DNA from: an uncultured Syntrophomonas sp.
Lineage (GTDB): Bacteria > Bacillota > Syntrophomonadia > Syntrophomonadales > Syntrophomonadaceae
NCBI GenBank assembly: GCA_964422685.1
Contig: CAYRCG010000001.1
Span: 1 to 46,051 of the forward strand
Direction: 5' to 3'
DNA: 46,051 bases
The notes below the pieces were generated by a model that was not told where the DNA came from, did not search any database, and was given only the letters and a program-made list of their open reading frames with translations. Below are positions 9,071 to 19,365 of this stretch, piece by piece. The first letter of the stretch is position 1. Each line of letters begins with the position of its first letter. The translations under genes were made by a program, and so were the position numbers.

Positions 9071-9781
9071 ATGAGAACTACGAATCTTTTGCTTATCGGC
9101 TTTTTAGCGGGTGGATGCACCTTGCTAGGTTCTATAGCCTTGTTTGTCAAAAAAAAATGGAGTAATAGCAGCCTGGGACTTTTCCTCGGTTTAGCAGCCG
9201 GCGTAATGGTTGCGGTAGTTTTATTGGATATGTTACCTTCTGCTTTTCTAGTCGATATAAAAGAAAGCTGCTTAGGCTTTATTCTTGGCCTGTTATTGGT
9301 AGCTTCGTTGCATATAGTAATACTATCTAAGGAGAACGGGAATGAAGGGCTGTTAAGGTTGGGTTATTTGATTATGTTGGGGATTGCACTTCATGACCTT
9401 CCGGAGGGGATGGCTATTGCTTTGGGAAGCGAAATGAAAGCCAGAACCGGCATGGTAATCGCACTAGCGATAGGTATACACAATATCCCGGAAGGAATGG
9501 CTATAACTGCTCCTTTGCTTATGGGGGGAATGAATCGATTAAAAATATTTTTTCGCGTACTTTTGATTTCGCTTATAACTCCCTTGGGGACGATAAGCGG
9601 GCGGGTTTTAATGAATATTATTCCTGGTCTTTTGGCTTACCTGTTGGGTTTAGCTTCAGGGGTAATGGTTTTTTTGGTTTTTTTCTACCTATGGCCGCAG
9701 GCCGGCAGCAAAGATAAAAATAGTCGTCTCAAGGGATTCGTTATCGGCCTTTTGATTATCGCAGTTGCCACCTTTCTATAG
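9071..9781 (+). CDS. ZIP (ZupT/GufA) family metal transporter
   Basis: AAGVM, HDLPEG and HNIPEG motifs. Confidence 0.9.
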   Translation: MRTTNLLLIGFLAGGCTLLGSIALFVKKKWSNSSLGLFLGLAAGVMVAVVLLDMLPSAFLVDIKESCLGFILGLLLVASLHIVILSKENGNEGLLRLGYLIMLGIALHDLPEGMAIALGSEMKARTGMVIALAIGIHNIPEGMAITAPLLMGGMNRLKIFFRVLLISLITPLGTISGRVLMNIIPGLLAYLLGLASGVMVFLVFFYLWPQAGSKDKNSRLKGFVIGLLIIAVATFL

Positions 9782-9845
9782 AACAAAAAGAATAAAAAAG
9801 GTGACCAATAAAGATAATAAGGGGAAAAGCAGAGGAGACGGATAT

Positions 9846-10292
9846 ATGGGTAAATGGCTATACCTGTCCCTGGCGGCTCTTTCAGGTGCGGCTATGGCCC
9901 TGCAGGGAACCTTTAATGCTGCCCTGGGCAAGATTGTGGGTATTTGGGAATCAACGCTGGTAGTGCACTTGGTGGGGACACTAACTGTCTTGCTAATAAT
10001 GATTGGCTTAAGCACAGGGTTTGGCAATCTCCTGGGCAAAATAAATACCGTTCCCTGGTATGGGTTTTTAGGCGGTTTCCTTAATGTGCTGATAATCTAT
10101 GCTTTGGTTCGGGCAATTCCCAAGGTTGGGGTGGGCAATGCTACGACCGCTATAATAATAACCCAGGTCTTAACAGCAGTGTGTATTGACAGCTTGGGTG
10201 CTTTCGGTATGAAAAAATACGAGTTTCATTACCTTGATTTGCTCGGCGTAGCCTTACTGGCGGCTGGGGCCAGGATTTTGCTGATGGAGTAA
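9846..10292 (+). CDS. DMT family (YdcZ/DUF606-like) transporter
   Basis: G..ALQG.FNA.L, PWY.FLGG and ID..G.FG pattern. Start moved to ATG 9846, which follows an AGGAG RBS. Confidence 0.85.
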   Translation: MGKWLYLSLAALSGAAMALQGTFNAALGKIVGIWESTLVVHLVGTLTVLLIMIGLSTGFGNLLGKINTVPWYGFLGGFLNVLIIYALVRAIPKVGVGNATTAIIITQVLTAVCIDSLGAFGMKKYEFHYLDLLGVALLAAGARILLME

Positions 10293-10298
10293 CCTGTA

Positions 10299-10541
10299 TC
10301 AGAAAAAGAAATACCGCATTATTTCAAGTGCTAGTAACATTATTCCGGCTAAAATCAATATAATCCCCGAAACAAAAGCCCAAAATGGCCAGGGCAAAAG
10401 CCGGATGGCTAGTTCCAGGTAATAGCTCACCAGATCTTCCGCCTCTAAACTTGATAAACTCTTTGCATTTCGCCTGTATATCGTATAGCCTAAGGTAGCT
10501 ATCGACGTACCAATTGTTAGCAACCACAACCCTAAATACAC
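10299..10541 (-). CDS. Hypothetical 2-TM membrane protein
   Basis: 80-aa ORF with GGAGGTG RBS before GTG and two hydrophobic segments. Confidence 0.6.
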   Translation of the reverse strand: MYLGLWLLTIGTSIATLGYTIYRRNAKSLSSLEAEDLVSYYLELAIRLLPWPFWAFVSGIILILAGIMLLALEIMRYFFF

Positions 10542-10768
10542 AGCAGCACCTCCGTGGTTTATCTATTAGTTTCTGCAATTTAACAGCATTTCAAGCTATA
10601 TCTACCTCTATTATAAACTAAACCTCTAAAACTGAAATCACAACCTTCCGAGAAAATCGGAGATTTCCTGTTTGATTTTCGGTAACTGGCAAGGAGGACT
10701 TTAGGCTATTCACATGGAATTTCCTATAATAGCTGACCGAATCTACGGAAGCCTAATGAGGTGGGAAA

Positions 10769-13700
10769 ATGGCTATACGCTACATATTGGGAAGGGCGGG
10801 GAAGGGTAAGAGTTTCTTAATTTACCGGGAAATCACGAAGGCCTTGCAGGACGGCGGGGATCAGCCTTTGATTTTGTTGGTTCCTGAACAATATACCTTG
10901 CAGGCAGAAAGGGATGTGATCGACCAGCTTTGCCTTCCGGGTATTATACGCTTGGAGGTTACGAGCTTTACTAGGCTAGCCCAAAATGTCTTTAGCCGGG
11001 TAGGGGGGTTGACCCGGGTTTTTCTCAATGAACAAGGTAAAAACATGGTCCTGAAATATATTGTTGATGAGTGCAGTTCACAATTGAATCTGTATCAAAA
11101 GGCGATTCATCATGAAGGATTTATCAGGCATTTAAGCCAAATTATAAAGGATTTTAAACAGCATAATATTTGTCCCGATGACATGAAACCGGAAGAAGGT
11201 TTTGCCTTAATCAATGATCAGATTGTTCGGCAAAAACTAAAGGATATCAATATAATATACCAACGCTTTAACCAGTATATGGAAGGTCGGTATATCGACA
11301 GCGAAGATTTCATGAGCCTTCTAATGGAAAAAATAGAGGACTATAAACCGCTTAAAAAAGCTCGGGTTTGGGTCGATGGTTTCAACACCTTCTCCCCCCT
11401 AAGCCTGAGAATAATAGAAAAGATTATGCTAAATGCCCATGATACCACTATAAGTTTTACCCTCGACCCCCACCAAAGTAAAACCGAGCAGGATTTATTT
11501 CAATTAACAGAACGTAGCTATAGGCAAATCCGGGATGTAGCCAAAAACAATGCGCTGCGGGAAGAAGTAATATTTGTAGATTCTTCTTCGGCGGAAGCCC
11601 TAAAAAGCTCGGAAATAAACCATTTGGAGGCGGAGTTTTATGCCTACCCGGGTAAGGAATTTGTCGGGGTACCGCAGAATATAGAGCTATTTGCTGCTGC
11701 CAACATAAATGATGAAATAGAGGCCTTGGCCGCTGCACTTTTCCGTTCAGCGCGACAGGGTTATCGCTGGAAAGATATGGCGGTAATATGCCATGATATG
11801 GAGCGCTATGGAACCCAAATAAGAAGAACCTTTCGGGAGTATGCCATACCCTGTTTCATGGATAAAAAAAGGGATGCTATGAGCCATCCCCTTACCCGCT
11901 TTCTTCTATCTGTTTTGGAGATAATTAGCCGGGGATTCCGCTATGAAGATGTCTTTAATTATTTAAAAAGCGGTTTTAGCAATTTAAGTAAAGATGAGAT
12001 TGAAGTATTAGAAAACTATGCTTTAGAATACGGTATCAAGGGTGCTAAGTGGAGGAATGATTTCACATACGGCGATGCGGAAAAACTTTCGGAATTAAAC
12101 CGTTTGCGAATCCTGTTCTATAAACCGATAGAAGGACTAGAGGGTATGCTTAAGGGAAGCAATACCGTAAAAGAAATGACTCAATCTATTTTTTCCTTTT
12201 TGGAAAGCGAAAGTATCTATGTAGAATTAGAAAAATGGACAAATAGCTTAACTGATAGGGGATTTCTCGAAGAAGCTAATGAGAGCTCCCAGCTTTGGAA
12301 TGCCGTGATAGACATACTGGAACAAATGCTCAAGATAATGGGTGAACAGGAAGTTGGTCTTAAGGAATATATAAGGATACTTAAAGCCGGCTTTTCATCA
12401 TTGGAAATCAAAATAATCCCTACTACTATCGACCAAGTTTTGCTGGGCGATATTCAGCGGACCAAGAGTCATGATATTAAATGTCTTTACGTGATAGGGG
12501 TTAATGATGGGGTCTTACCCTCTTTGGGACCAAAGGAAGGACTTCTTAGCGAAACAGAACTTGAAGTTCTGCGGAAAAAAGGGTTGGACTTAGGCTACGA
12601 GCCTGAAAAAAACCAGATCGAAGAGCATTTCTTGATTTATACCGCCTTGGCTAAATCAATGGATAAAATCTGTTTCAGCTACGCCTTGGCTGATGAAGAG
12701 GGAAGGGCCTTGCGGCCTTCGATATTGCTTGATCAACTAAAAATGATTTTCCCCTGTTTACCCTTGAATACCAATCTTACCAAAGACAAACAATGGCAAC
12801 TAAAGATGATTGCTACTCCGGAAAGTAGCTTTAAGCATCTAGTCGAAAAGCTGCGTCTAGGACTTGACGGAAAAGAAATCGAGGGTTTCTGGTGGGATTT
12901 ATATCGGTGGTATTTCGAACAGGATGCATGGCAAAATTACAGAAAAATACTGGTACACGGCCTTTTTCATCGAAACCAACCTGCATCGATTGACCCCCGC
13001 GTAACCCAGCGCCTTTTTGGCACCCCATTACGCTCGAGCGTTTCTAGGCTGGAACAGTATGCTAGATGCCCATTTGCTCATTTTCTTCGCTATGGCATCC
13101 GCCCGTTGGAAAGGAAAAGCTATGAAATTGATAGTTTAGACCTAGGAATGCTATTTCACGATAGCCTCCTGCGCTTTAGCCGTAGGTTGCGGGATGATAA
13201 ACGGCAATGGCCGGAACTTGAAAAGGAAGAATGTGATGCTATTGTTGATACAGTAGTTGATGAAGTGGCCCGGGATTTCGGCCGAGGAATATTTAACAGT
13301 GATCCGCGCTACCAAAGCTTACTCAAAAGACTAAAAAGAATAAGCCGACGCGCGGTTTGGTTATTAACGCAACATATCCGGCGAGGGGATTTTAGACCTT
13401 GGGATTATGAAGTTGCTTTTGGCCGGGGAGAAATACTGCCTGCGCTAGAAATAGGACTGGAAAATGGAGAAAAAGTAATTCTTGAAGGAAGAATTGACCG
13501 AGTAGATTTGCTAGAATTTGAGGATAGTTACTATGTTAGGATTCTAGACTATAAATCGGGCCGGCAAGAATTTAACCTTTCCGAGGTCTTTCATGGTCTT
13601 TCTTTGCAATTAGTGGTGTACTTAAAAGTTTTGTTAACCGCCTGGGGGCAAATGGGGGATAAGCCGGTCCTACCGGCGGGGATATTCTATTTTAAAATAG

Positions 13701-14149
13701 ATGACCCTATGATTAATAGTGAAGCAAAGATGGTAGAAGTAGTTGAAAAAGAAATTGCCAAAAGGTTGAAACTGAAGGGTCTGGCTTTGGCCGACGCAAG
13801 GATTATACGGCAGATGGATCATGAAATAGCCGGTTATTCGACGATTCTACCGCTAGGTCTAAGTGCCCAAGACGAATTCTATCGTTTTTCATCAGTGCTA
13901 CCCCCAAAAGAATTGTCGGCCTTGCTAAAGCATGTTAAGCGGTTACTGGAGCAAATTGCCCGGGAGATGCTTAACGGGCATATAAGGATTGAACCGGTTT
14001 ATAACCGTAAACGGTTAGCCTGTGATTACTGCTCTTTCAGCACAATATGTCAATTCGACCGGCAATTTCCGGATAATGATTGGCGATGCGTTAAGCCTTT
14101 AACCCATGGAGAAGTTTTGGAGTATCTGGCGAAGGAAAATGATAACTGA
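10769..14149 (+). CDS. addB: Helicase-nuclease AddAB subunit B
   Basis: GRAGKGKS, LVPEQY, CPF plus CDYCSFSTIC Fe-S ligands, and GRIDRVD...DYKS RecB-family nuclease motif. Confidence 0.96.
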   Translation: MAIRYILGRAGKGKSFLIYREITKALQDGGDQPLILLVPEQYTLQAERDVIDQLCLPGIIRLEVTSFTRLAQNVFSRVGGLTRVFLNEQGKNMVLKYIVDECSSQLNLYQKAIHHEGFIRHLSQIIKDFKQHNICPDDMKPEEGFALINDQIVRQKLKDINIIYQRFNQYMEGRYIDSEDFMSLLMEKIEDYKPLKKARVWVDGFNTFSPLSLRIIEKIMLNAHDTTISFTLDPHQSKTEQDLFQLTERSYRQIRDVAKNNALREEVIFVDSSSAEALKSSEINHLEAEFYAYPGKEFVGVPQNIELFAAANINDEIEALAAALFRSARQGYRWKDMAVICHDMERYGTQIRRTFREYAIPCFMDKKRDAMSHPLTRFLLSVLEIISRGFRYEDVFNYLKSGFSNLSKDEIEVLENYALEYGIKGAKWRNDFTYGDAEKLSELNRLRILFYKPIEGLEGMLKGSNTVKEMTQSIFSFLESESIYVELEKWTNSLTDRGFLEEANESSQLWNAVIDILEQMLKIMGEQEVGLKEYIRILKAGFSSLEIKIIPTTIDQVLLGDIQRTKSHDIKCLYVIGVNDGVLPSLGPKEGLLSETELEVLRKKGLDLGYEPEKNQIEEHFLIYTALAKSMDKICFSYALADEEGRALRPSILLDQLKMIFPCLPLNTNLTKDKQWQLKMIATPESSFKHLVEKLRLGLDGKEIEGFWWDLYRWYFEQDAWQNYRKILVHGLFHRNQPASIDPRVTQRLFGTPLRSSVSRLEQYARCPFAHFLRYGIRPLERKSYEIDSLDLGMLFHDSLLRFSRRLRDDKRQWPELEKEECDAIVDTVVDEVARDFGRGIFNSDPRYQSLLKRLKRISRRAVWLLTQHIRRGDFRPWDYEVAFGRGEILPALEIGLENGEKVILEGRIDRVDLLEFEDSYYVRILDYKSGRQEFNLSEVFHGLSLQLVVYLKVLLTAWGQMGDKPVLPAGIFYFKIDDPMINSEAKMVEVVEKEIAKRLKLKGLALADARIIRQMDHEIAGYSTILPLGLSAQDEFYRFSSVLPPKELSALLKHVKRLLEQIAREMLNGHIRIEPVYNRKRLACDYCSFSTICQFDRQFPDNDWRCVKPLTHGEVLEYLAKENDN

Positions 14150-14231
14150 TAGGTGGGCAACGAAAACCACTTATGTTAGAATGATAAATATTGATATGGA
14201 AATATCTAGCTTATAATCTGCTAATGGGGGG

Positions 14232-15518
14232 ATGAGAATGGAACAGAAACACGATAAGGTTGTAAGTTTTAGTGGGATATCGGATAGTAGTTTTAAAGGA
14301 TTTAAGGTTATCATTGATTTATTTACTGATGAATTATGTCTGAGGGCTCCCGCAGCTAACCTTGAAGCCATAAGCTATAAATTTGATAGCTTAGCTATGC
14401 TACGCTTGGAGCGGAAGGAAATAGGGCATCAGGATATTTTGAATATTAGTATCGCATATCCTGATGCCGAGCAAATAGAAACAGTTATTATCAACCGGGA
14501 GGATGCCTACCGCATATTGATAAGATATAAGTTCTTTAAAGATGGGGCCAGCGAACTGAGTAAAAGAAAAACTGAATTCGAGGAGATAAGCGAATTAAAA
14601 AATGTGGCCTTAATTGAATTCACCCGAGAAAGGGATGTGCGTAGCTATAATTATGGTACTTTGCTTATAACCCAGAAGGAAGTAAACTTCATCTCCTATA
14701 ACGGCAAGAACTTCATCTTGCACCTAGACGAACTTGATAGCGGGTATTATTATCACACGGTGGTATTACCAACAGATATTTTAGGTTATTCACGCTGGAT
14801 TTCCATTCACCGGGTATCCGACTTGAAAAGAGATTCATTAGAAATTGTTACTTTTATGAGTAATGAAGTCCAGGCACTTCAAATGGAGAAACTCTTCGAG
14901 GAACATTATGCTAAATACCTGGAAAACAAAATGAAATCCGTGCAACAGCTTTGGCAGGATTTTAACCAACAAATAGAAGAACAATATCAATCTTTCAAAA
15001 GCGATGCTGAGGTTAGGGAAATAGCCTGTAGATTTATAAGTGAAAAAGGTGATGCGGTATTACTCGATCCCGGGAACTATTGGGACTTCGATTACTTAAT
15101 GGAAAAGAAAAGAAGCAATGCTTATGTAAATATTTTGGCCCCCTATGAGGAAAAAATTGAGGTGTCCCCACAGGTTAGTTCTTTTTTTGAGGACACCTTC
15201 CTACCCTTCTACAAGTCTTTAATGCAGAAACCCGAGATAGAAAATGAAGTAGCTTTCCTAGCGGTTTGGAAGCTGCTAAAGGCGAATTCCTTAGAATGTT
15301 ATGGAAACATATTTGCCATTCAGTTTCCTCATTATTCTATACAGGGAGATGATTGGCTAACATGTACGAAAGATTTCTATGCCCAATTCTTGCCCGCTCC
15401 TCCTACAACGAAAGAATTAGCGCTTTTTGTTTACTTCATGATGGCGCATTATTGGCAAAACGAAGACAATTTTACTTATTATCACCGGATTATAATAGAA
15501 AGCCAAAATGATGCTTAA
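14232..15518 (+). CDS. Hypothetical protein between addB and addA
   Basis: 428-aa open frame filling the gap, with a G-rich RBS. No recognised catalytic motif; the N-terminal half looks PH-fold-like. Confidence 0.8.
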   Translation: MRMEQKHDKVVSFSGISDSSFKGFKVIIDLFTDELCLRAPAANLEAISYKFDSLAMLRLERKEIGHQDILNISIAYPDAEQIETVIINREDAYRILIRYKFFKDGASELSKRKTEFEEISELKNVALIEFTRERDVRSYNYGTLLITQKEVNFISYNGKNFILHLDELDSGYYYHTVVLPTDILGYSRWISIHRVSDLKRDSLEIVTFMSNEVQALQMEKLFEEHYAKYLENKMKSVQQLWQDFNQQIEEQYQSFKSDAEVREIACRFISEKGDAVLLDPGNYWDFDYLMEKKRSNAYVNILAPYEEKIEVSPQVSSFFEDTFLPFYKSLMQKPEIENEVAFLAVWKLLKANSLECYGNIFAIQFPHYSIQGDDWLTCTKDFYAQFLPAPPTTKELALFVYFMMAHYWQNEDNFTYYHRIIIESQNDA

Positions 15519-15558
15519 TGTCTAGTTTTGGCTTCAGTCATTTTTAGGATGTGAAATT

Positions 15559-18500
15559 ATGGCTTACTGGACTAGTGAGCAGCATGAAGCTATAAATGCA
15601 CGCGATTGCAACCTTTTGGTAGCGGCAGCTGCCGGTTCGGGGAAAACTTCGGTCCTGGTTGCGAGGATTATCCGACTAGTCTTGCAAGACCGGATCGATA
15701 TTGACCGTATGCTTATAGTCACCTTTACCCAAGCTGCTGCCGGGGAAATGCGCGAGAAAATCAATAATGCGATTTTCAGGGAGCTGGGAAAGGGAAAAGA
15801 AAATATCCACCTGCGTAGGCAACTATACTTGCTAAATCGTTCCTCCATCAGCACAATTCATGCTTTTTGTAGCAGTGTAGTAAGACAGCATTTTCATCTT
15901 CTTAATGTAGACCCTCATTTTAAGATTGCAGATAGCACCGAAAGCGAATTAATTAAAATGGAAGCCCTGGAGGAACTTTTGGATGGGGAATACGAAAAGG
16001 GTGAGGATTATTTTCTGAATCTGCTGGATTATTTCAGCGGTAATACAGATGACAAGATGCTGGAATCATTAATATTGCGCTTATACAGCTTTATTCAGAG
16101 CCACCCGCAGCCATTAGAATGGTTGAAAGAAAAAACCGATAGCCTGTTGCAATGCGAAAATGATTGGAAAGATAATCCTTGGGCATGTGAGCTCTGCCGG
16201 CAAATAAGTATAGAATTACATGCAGCTAAGGATATTTTGAATTATGCCCTGGGACTAAGTAATAAAATAGGTGGTCCCCGGGGTTATATAGAAGCTATTG
16301 AGAATGATCTAAAGTGGGCGAGTCTTATGTTAAAGGCTACAGAGCAAGGGTTGCCTGCTCTGTATTCCTGTTTGCAGCAATTCAGTTTTGCTCGTCTAGG
16401 AAGGGTAGCGCGGGACACGGATGAAACCCTTAAAATCCAAGTGAAAAACCTACGCGATGAAAGTAAAAAAATAATAAATACAATTCGTAACCTATTGGCT
16501 CGCAATCCACTTGAGTACCTGAATGATTTAAAGGAAATTTACCCTGTTATGAAATCCTTAGGGAAACTGATAGGGGATTTTACGAAACTATATCAGGAAA
16601 AGAAAAGAGAGAAAGGCCTGGCAGATTTTAATGATCTGGAGCATTTAGCTTTGCAGGCTTTAAGTAATGAAACTGTAGCGCAAGAATACCGGGATTATTA
16701 TGATTATATCTTTGTCGATGAATATCAAGATAGTAACTTAGTGCAGGAGACAATTCTAAACTATATAAAAAAGGAAGATAACCTTTTTATGGTGGGTGAT
16801 GTAAAACAAAGCATTTATCGTTTTCGTTTGGCGGACCCCACTTTGTTTCTGGAGAAGCAAAACTCTTTCCCCCGAGACGAGGGCAGCGTTAACAGGAAGA
16901 TAGATCTTAATAAAAATTTCCGCAGTCATCCCGAAATCCTAAATGCGGTTAATTACGTCTTTCGCCATTTGATGACTGAAGAATTAGGGGAAATCGATTA
17001 TGACGAAGAATCCTTTCTTTATCCGGGGCTTATTACCGAACAGGAGATGGCATGTGTTGAAATTAATGCACCTCCCCAGGCGAAACGAGATATCAATGAG
17101 AGTAGCCGGGTAGAGTTATACTTGCTGGAAAACAACCCTGACCTTCTATTGCCGATGGGGGAAGTTAATACCGAAGGGCAAAACGAGATGAACGAAGCGG
17201 AAAGTAACCTGCTAGAACGCATTATTGAGATGGACAACACCGAAATGGAAGCCCTTCTGATCGCCCAAAAGATACACCGGCTTGTAGGGGAGGACATTTA
17301 CGATGCCAAAAAACAATGCAAAAGGAAAATCGAGTATCGGGATATAGTAATACTACTTAGGGCTACACGCAATTCTGCGGGTATTTTCACGGAAAGGTTA
17401 AACGCGGAAGGCATACCGGTATATGCGGATGCTAGTTCAGGTTATTTTGATACCTTAGAGCTGAACCTATTTTTAAACCTTTTGCGTTTAATCGATAATA
17501 AGCGGCAGGATATAGCACTGCTTAGCGTAATGCGTTCTCCCATAGGCGGATTTGATATTGACGATTTTATTAAGATTAGAACCTATTTACCTCTTTGCCG
17601 GGAGGGGGGGGTCCTTTCATTTTACGAAGCTACGGAAATGTATATCGAGGAAAACGATGATGACCTCCGGGATAGATTAGTGTTATTTATTAAGCGGTTG
17701 AGGGAATGGGATTTTGAGTCCCGCATTATGGACCTCGAAGAGTTTATCGGAAAGCTCATGATGGATACCGGATTTTATCATTATATAGGAGCTCTGCCTG
17801 GTGGAGAACAGCGGCAAGCCAATCTTAGGATTTTACTGCATCGGGCAAAGGAATTTAAAAAAAGCTCTTTTAAAGGCTTGTTTAACTTTATCAATTATAT
17901 AGAAAAAGTTAAATCCAGTGGAAGTGATATGGGGAATGCCTGCGTTATCGGAGAAAACGATAATGTAGTACGTTTGATGAGTATCCATAAAAGCAAGGGT
18001 TTAGAATTCCCGGTCGTAATAGTAGGAGGACTGGGCAAGAACTTCAATATCAGAGATAGTAGCGAAAGCGTCCTATTACACCGTCAATTAGGGATAGGAC
18101 CCCGCTATGTCAACACTCGCTTAAGAACCTATTATGATACCATCGCTCGCTTGGCCATCAGAAATAAGATAAAGATGGAGAATATGGCTGAGGAAATGCG
18201 GATACTATATGTTGCCTGTACCCGCCCGCAGGAAAAGCTGGTTTTAGTAGGAACCACCCGACGGTTGGAGTCCGCTTGGCCAAAATGGAGGAAGCCGATA
18301 AATCCTTATAACCAATCCAAGGCAAAGAATTATCTGGATTGGCTTATCCCCATTATTCTACGCCATAAGGAAGAAGGACGGTACCTGCGGGAAATAGCCG
18401 GAGGGGATTGGGAAAATGCGATGCTTTGTGAGGATACCTCTAAATGGGGGATAAGCTTGGTTAATCCACAGCATCTGACAGCCGAGGAAACAAAAAAAGA

Positions 18501-19266
18501 GGAAGCAAGAAATGAATGGGCGAAGCTTTTAGAAGAAGGCGGTTGCCCTTCAACCTCCGTAGATAAAAATGAAATAATAAGTCGCCTGAATTGGAAATAC
18601 CCATATCGAGAAGCGGAAAGGATTCCGGCTAAACTATCTGTAAGCCAGATAAGCAAAATAAAACGCGGAGGTTTGGGGGTCGGTGGATCCGATACCTTTC
18701 TAATCAGAATCCCCGCTTTTTCGGAAGGGGAGGTCATTGACCAGGGGCAGCAATATAGCCCGATTGAAAAAGGCAGTGCTGTCCATCTGCTGATGCAGAA
18801 TATAGACTACAGGCAGGTTTCTCATAAAGATAATATAAAAAAACAGTTAGCTCAGATGGTAGATAGGGAAATATTTACCCCGGAGCAAAGCGCAGCAATC
18901 GATTTAAATGACATTTGGCAGTTTTTCCAAACGCAGTTAGGCCAAAGGGTAATAAAGGCCAAACGCTTATTTCGCGAGGCTCCTTTCATCCTGCTTATAC
19001 CCGCTGGCGAAATTTTCCCCGGTACGAATAGCCCGGAGAAACTATTAGTTCAGGGGATTATAGACCTATACTTTTATGAAGGTGAAGATATCGTCCTTCT
19101 CGATTATAAAAGCGATAGAGTCTTACATAAAAATGAGGAGGAGGCCATAGCTCCTTATAAAACACAAGCCAATCTTTATCGCAGAGCCCTGGAAGAAATC
19201 ACCGGCAAAAGGGTGAAGGAAACTTATTTATATTTTTTCGATTTGAATCGCGCGATTATGGTCTAA
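15559..19266 (+). CDS. addA: Helicase-nuclease AddAB subunit A
   Basis: AAAGSGKT, TFTQAAA, DEYQD, GDVKQSIYRFR, SIHKSKGLEF and QGIID...DYKS motifs. Confidence 0.97.
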   Translation: MAYWTSEQHEAINARDCNLLVAAAAGSGKTSVLVARIIRLVLQDRIDIDRMLIVTFTQAAAGEMREKINNAIFRELGKGKENIHLRRQLYLLNRSSISTIHAFCSSVVRQHFHLLNVDPHFKIADSTESELIKMEALEELLDGEYEKGEDYFLNLLDYFSGNTDDKMLESLILRLYSFIQSHPQPLEWLKEKTDSLLQCENDWKDNPWACELCRQISIELHAAKDILNYALGLSNKIGGPRGYIEAIENDLKWASLMLKATEQGLPALYSCLQQFSFARLGRVARDTDETLKIQVKNLRDESKKIINTIRNLLARNPLEYLNDLKEIYPVMKSLGKLIGDFTKLYQEKKREKGLADFNDLEHLALQALSNETVAQEYRDYYDYIFVDEYQDSNLVQETILNYIKKEDNLFMVGDVKQSIYRFRLADPTLFLEKQNSFPRDEGSVNRKIDLNKNFRSHPEILNAVNYVFRHLMTEELGEIDYDEESFLYPGLITEQEMACVEINAPPQAKRDINESSRVELYLLENNPDLLLPMGEVNTEGQNEMNEAESNLLERIIEMDNTEMEALLIAQKIHRLVGEDIYDAKKQCKRKIEYRDIVILLRATRNSAGIFTERLNAEGIPVYADASSGYFDTLELNLFLNLLRLIDNKRQDIALLSVMRSPIGGFDIDDFIKIRTYLPLCREGGVLSFYEATEMYIEENDDDLRDRLVLFIKRLREWDFESRIMDLEEFIGKLMMDTGFYHYIGALPGGEQRQANLRILLHRAKEFKKSSFKGLFNFINYIEKVKSSGSDMGNACVIGENDNVVRLMSIHKSKGLEFPVVIVGGLGKNFNIRDSSESVLLHRQLGIGPRYVNTRLRTYYDTIARLAIRNKIKMENMAEEMRILYVACTRPQEKLVLVGTTRRLESAWPKWRKPINPYNQSKAKNYLDWLIPIILRHKEEGRYLREIAGGDWENAMLCEDTSKWGISLVNPQHLTAEETKKEEARNEWAKLLEEGGCPSTSVDKNEIISRLNWKYPYREAERIPAKLSVSQISKIKRGGLGVGGSDTFLIRIPAFSEGEVIDQGQQYSPIEKGSAVHLLMQNIDYRQVSHKDNIKKQLAQMVDREIFTPEQSAAIDLNDIWQFFQTQLGQRVIKAKRLFREAPFILLIPAGEIFPGTNSPEKLLVQGIIDLYFYEGEDIVLLDYKSDRVLHKNEEEAIAPYKTQANLYRRALEEITGKRVKETYLYFFDLNRAIMV

Positions 19267-19319
19267 GAAAAAATAGAATCCAAGGGAAACGATTATTATT
19301 CCACTTAATCAAGAATAAA

Positions 19320-19341
19320 AAAGCGGGCTTCTGCCCGCTTT
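19320..19341. terminator. Bidirectional terminator between addA and the CoA transferase gene
   Basis: AAAGCGGGC-ttct-GCCCGCTTT between convergent genes. Confidence 0.85.
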
Positions 19342-19365
19342 CTGAATGTGGATTTACCGAGCCTG

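Noticed and set aside
10634-10683. Nested short inverted repeats upstream of addB as a LexA box or MITE
   Set aside because: No GAAC-N4-GTTC motif, arms are short, and I saw no second copy.
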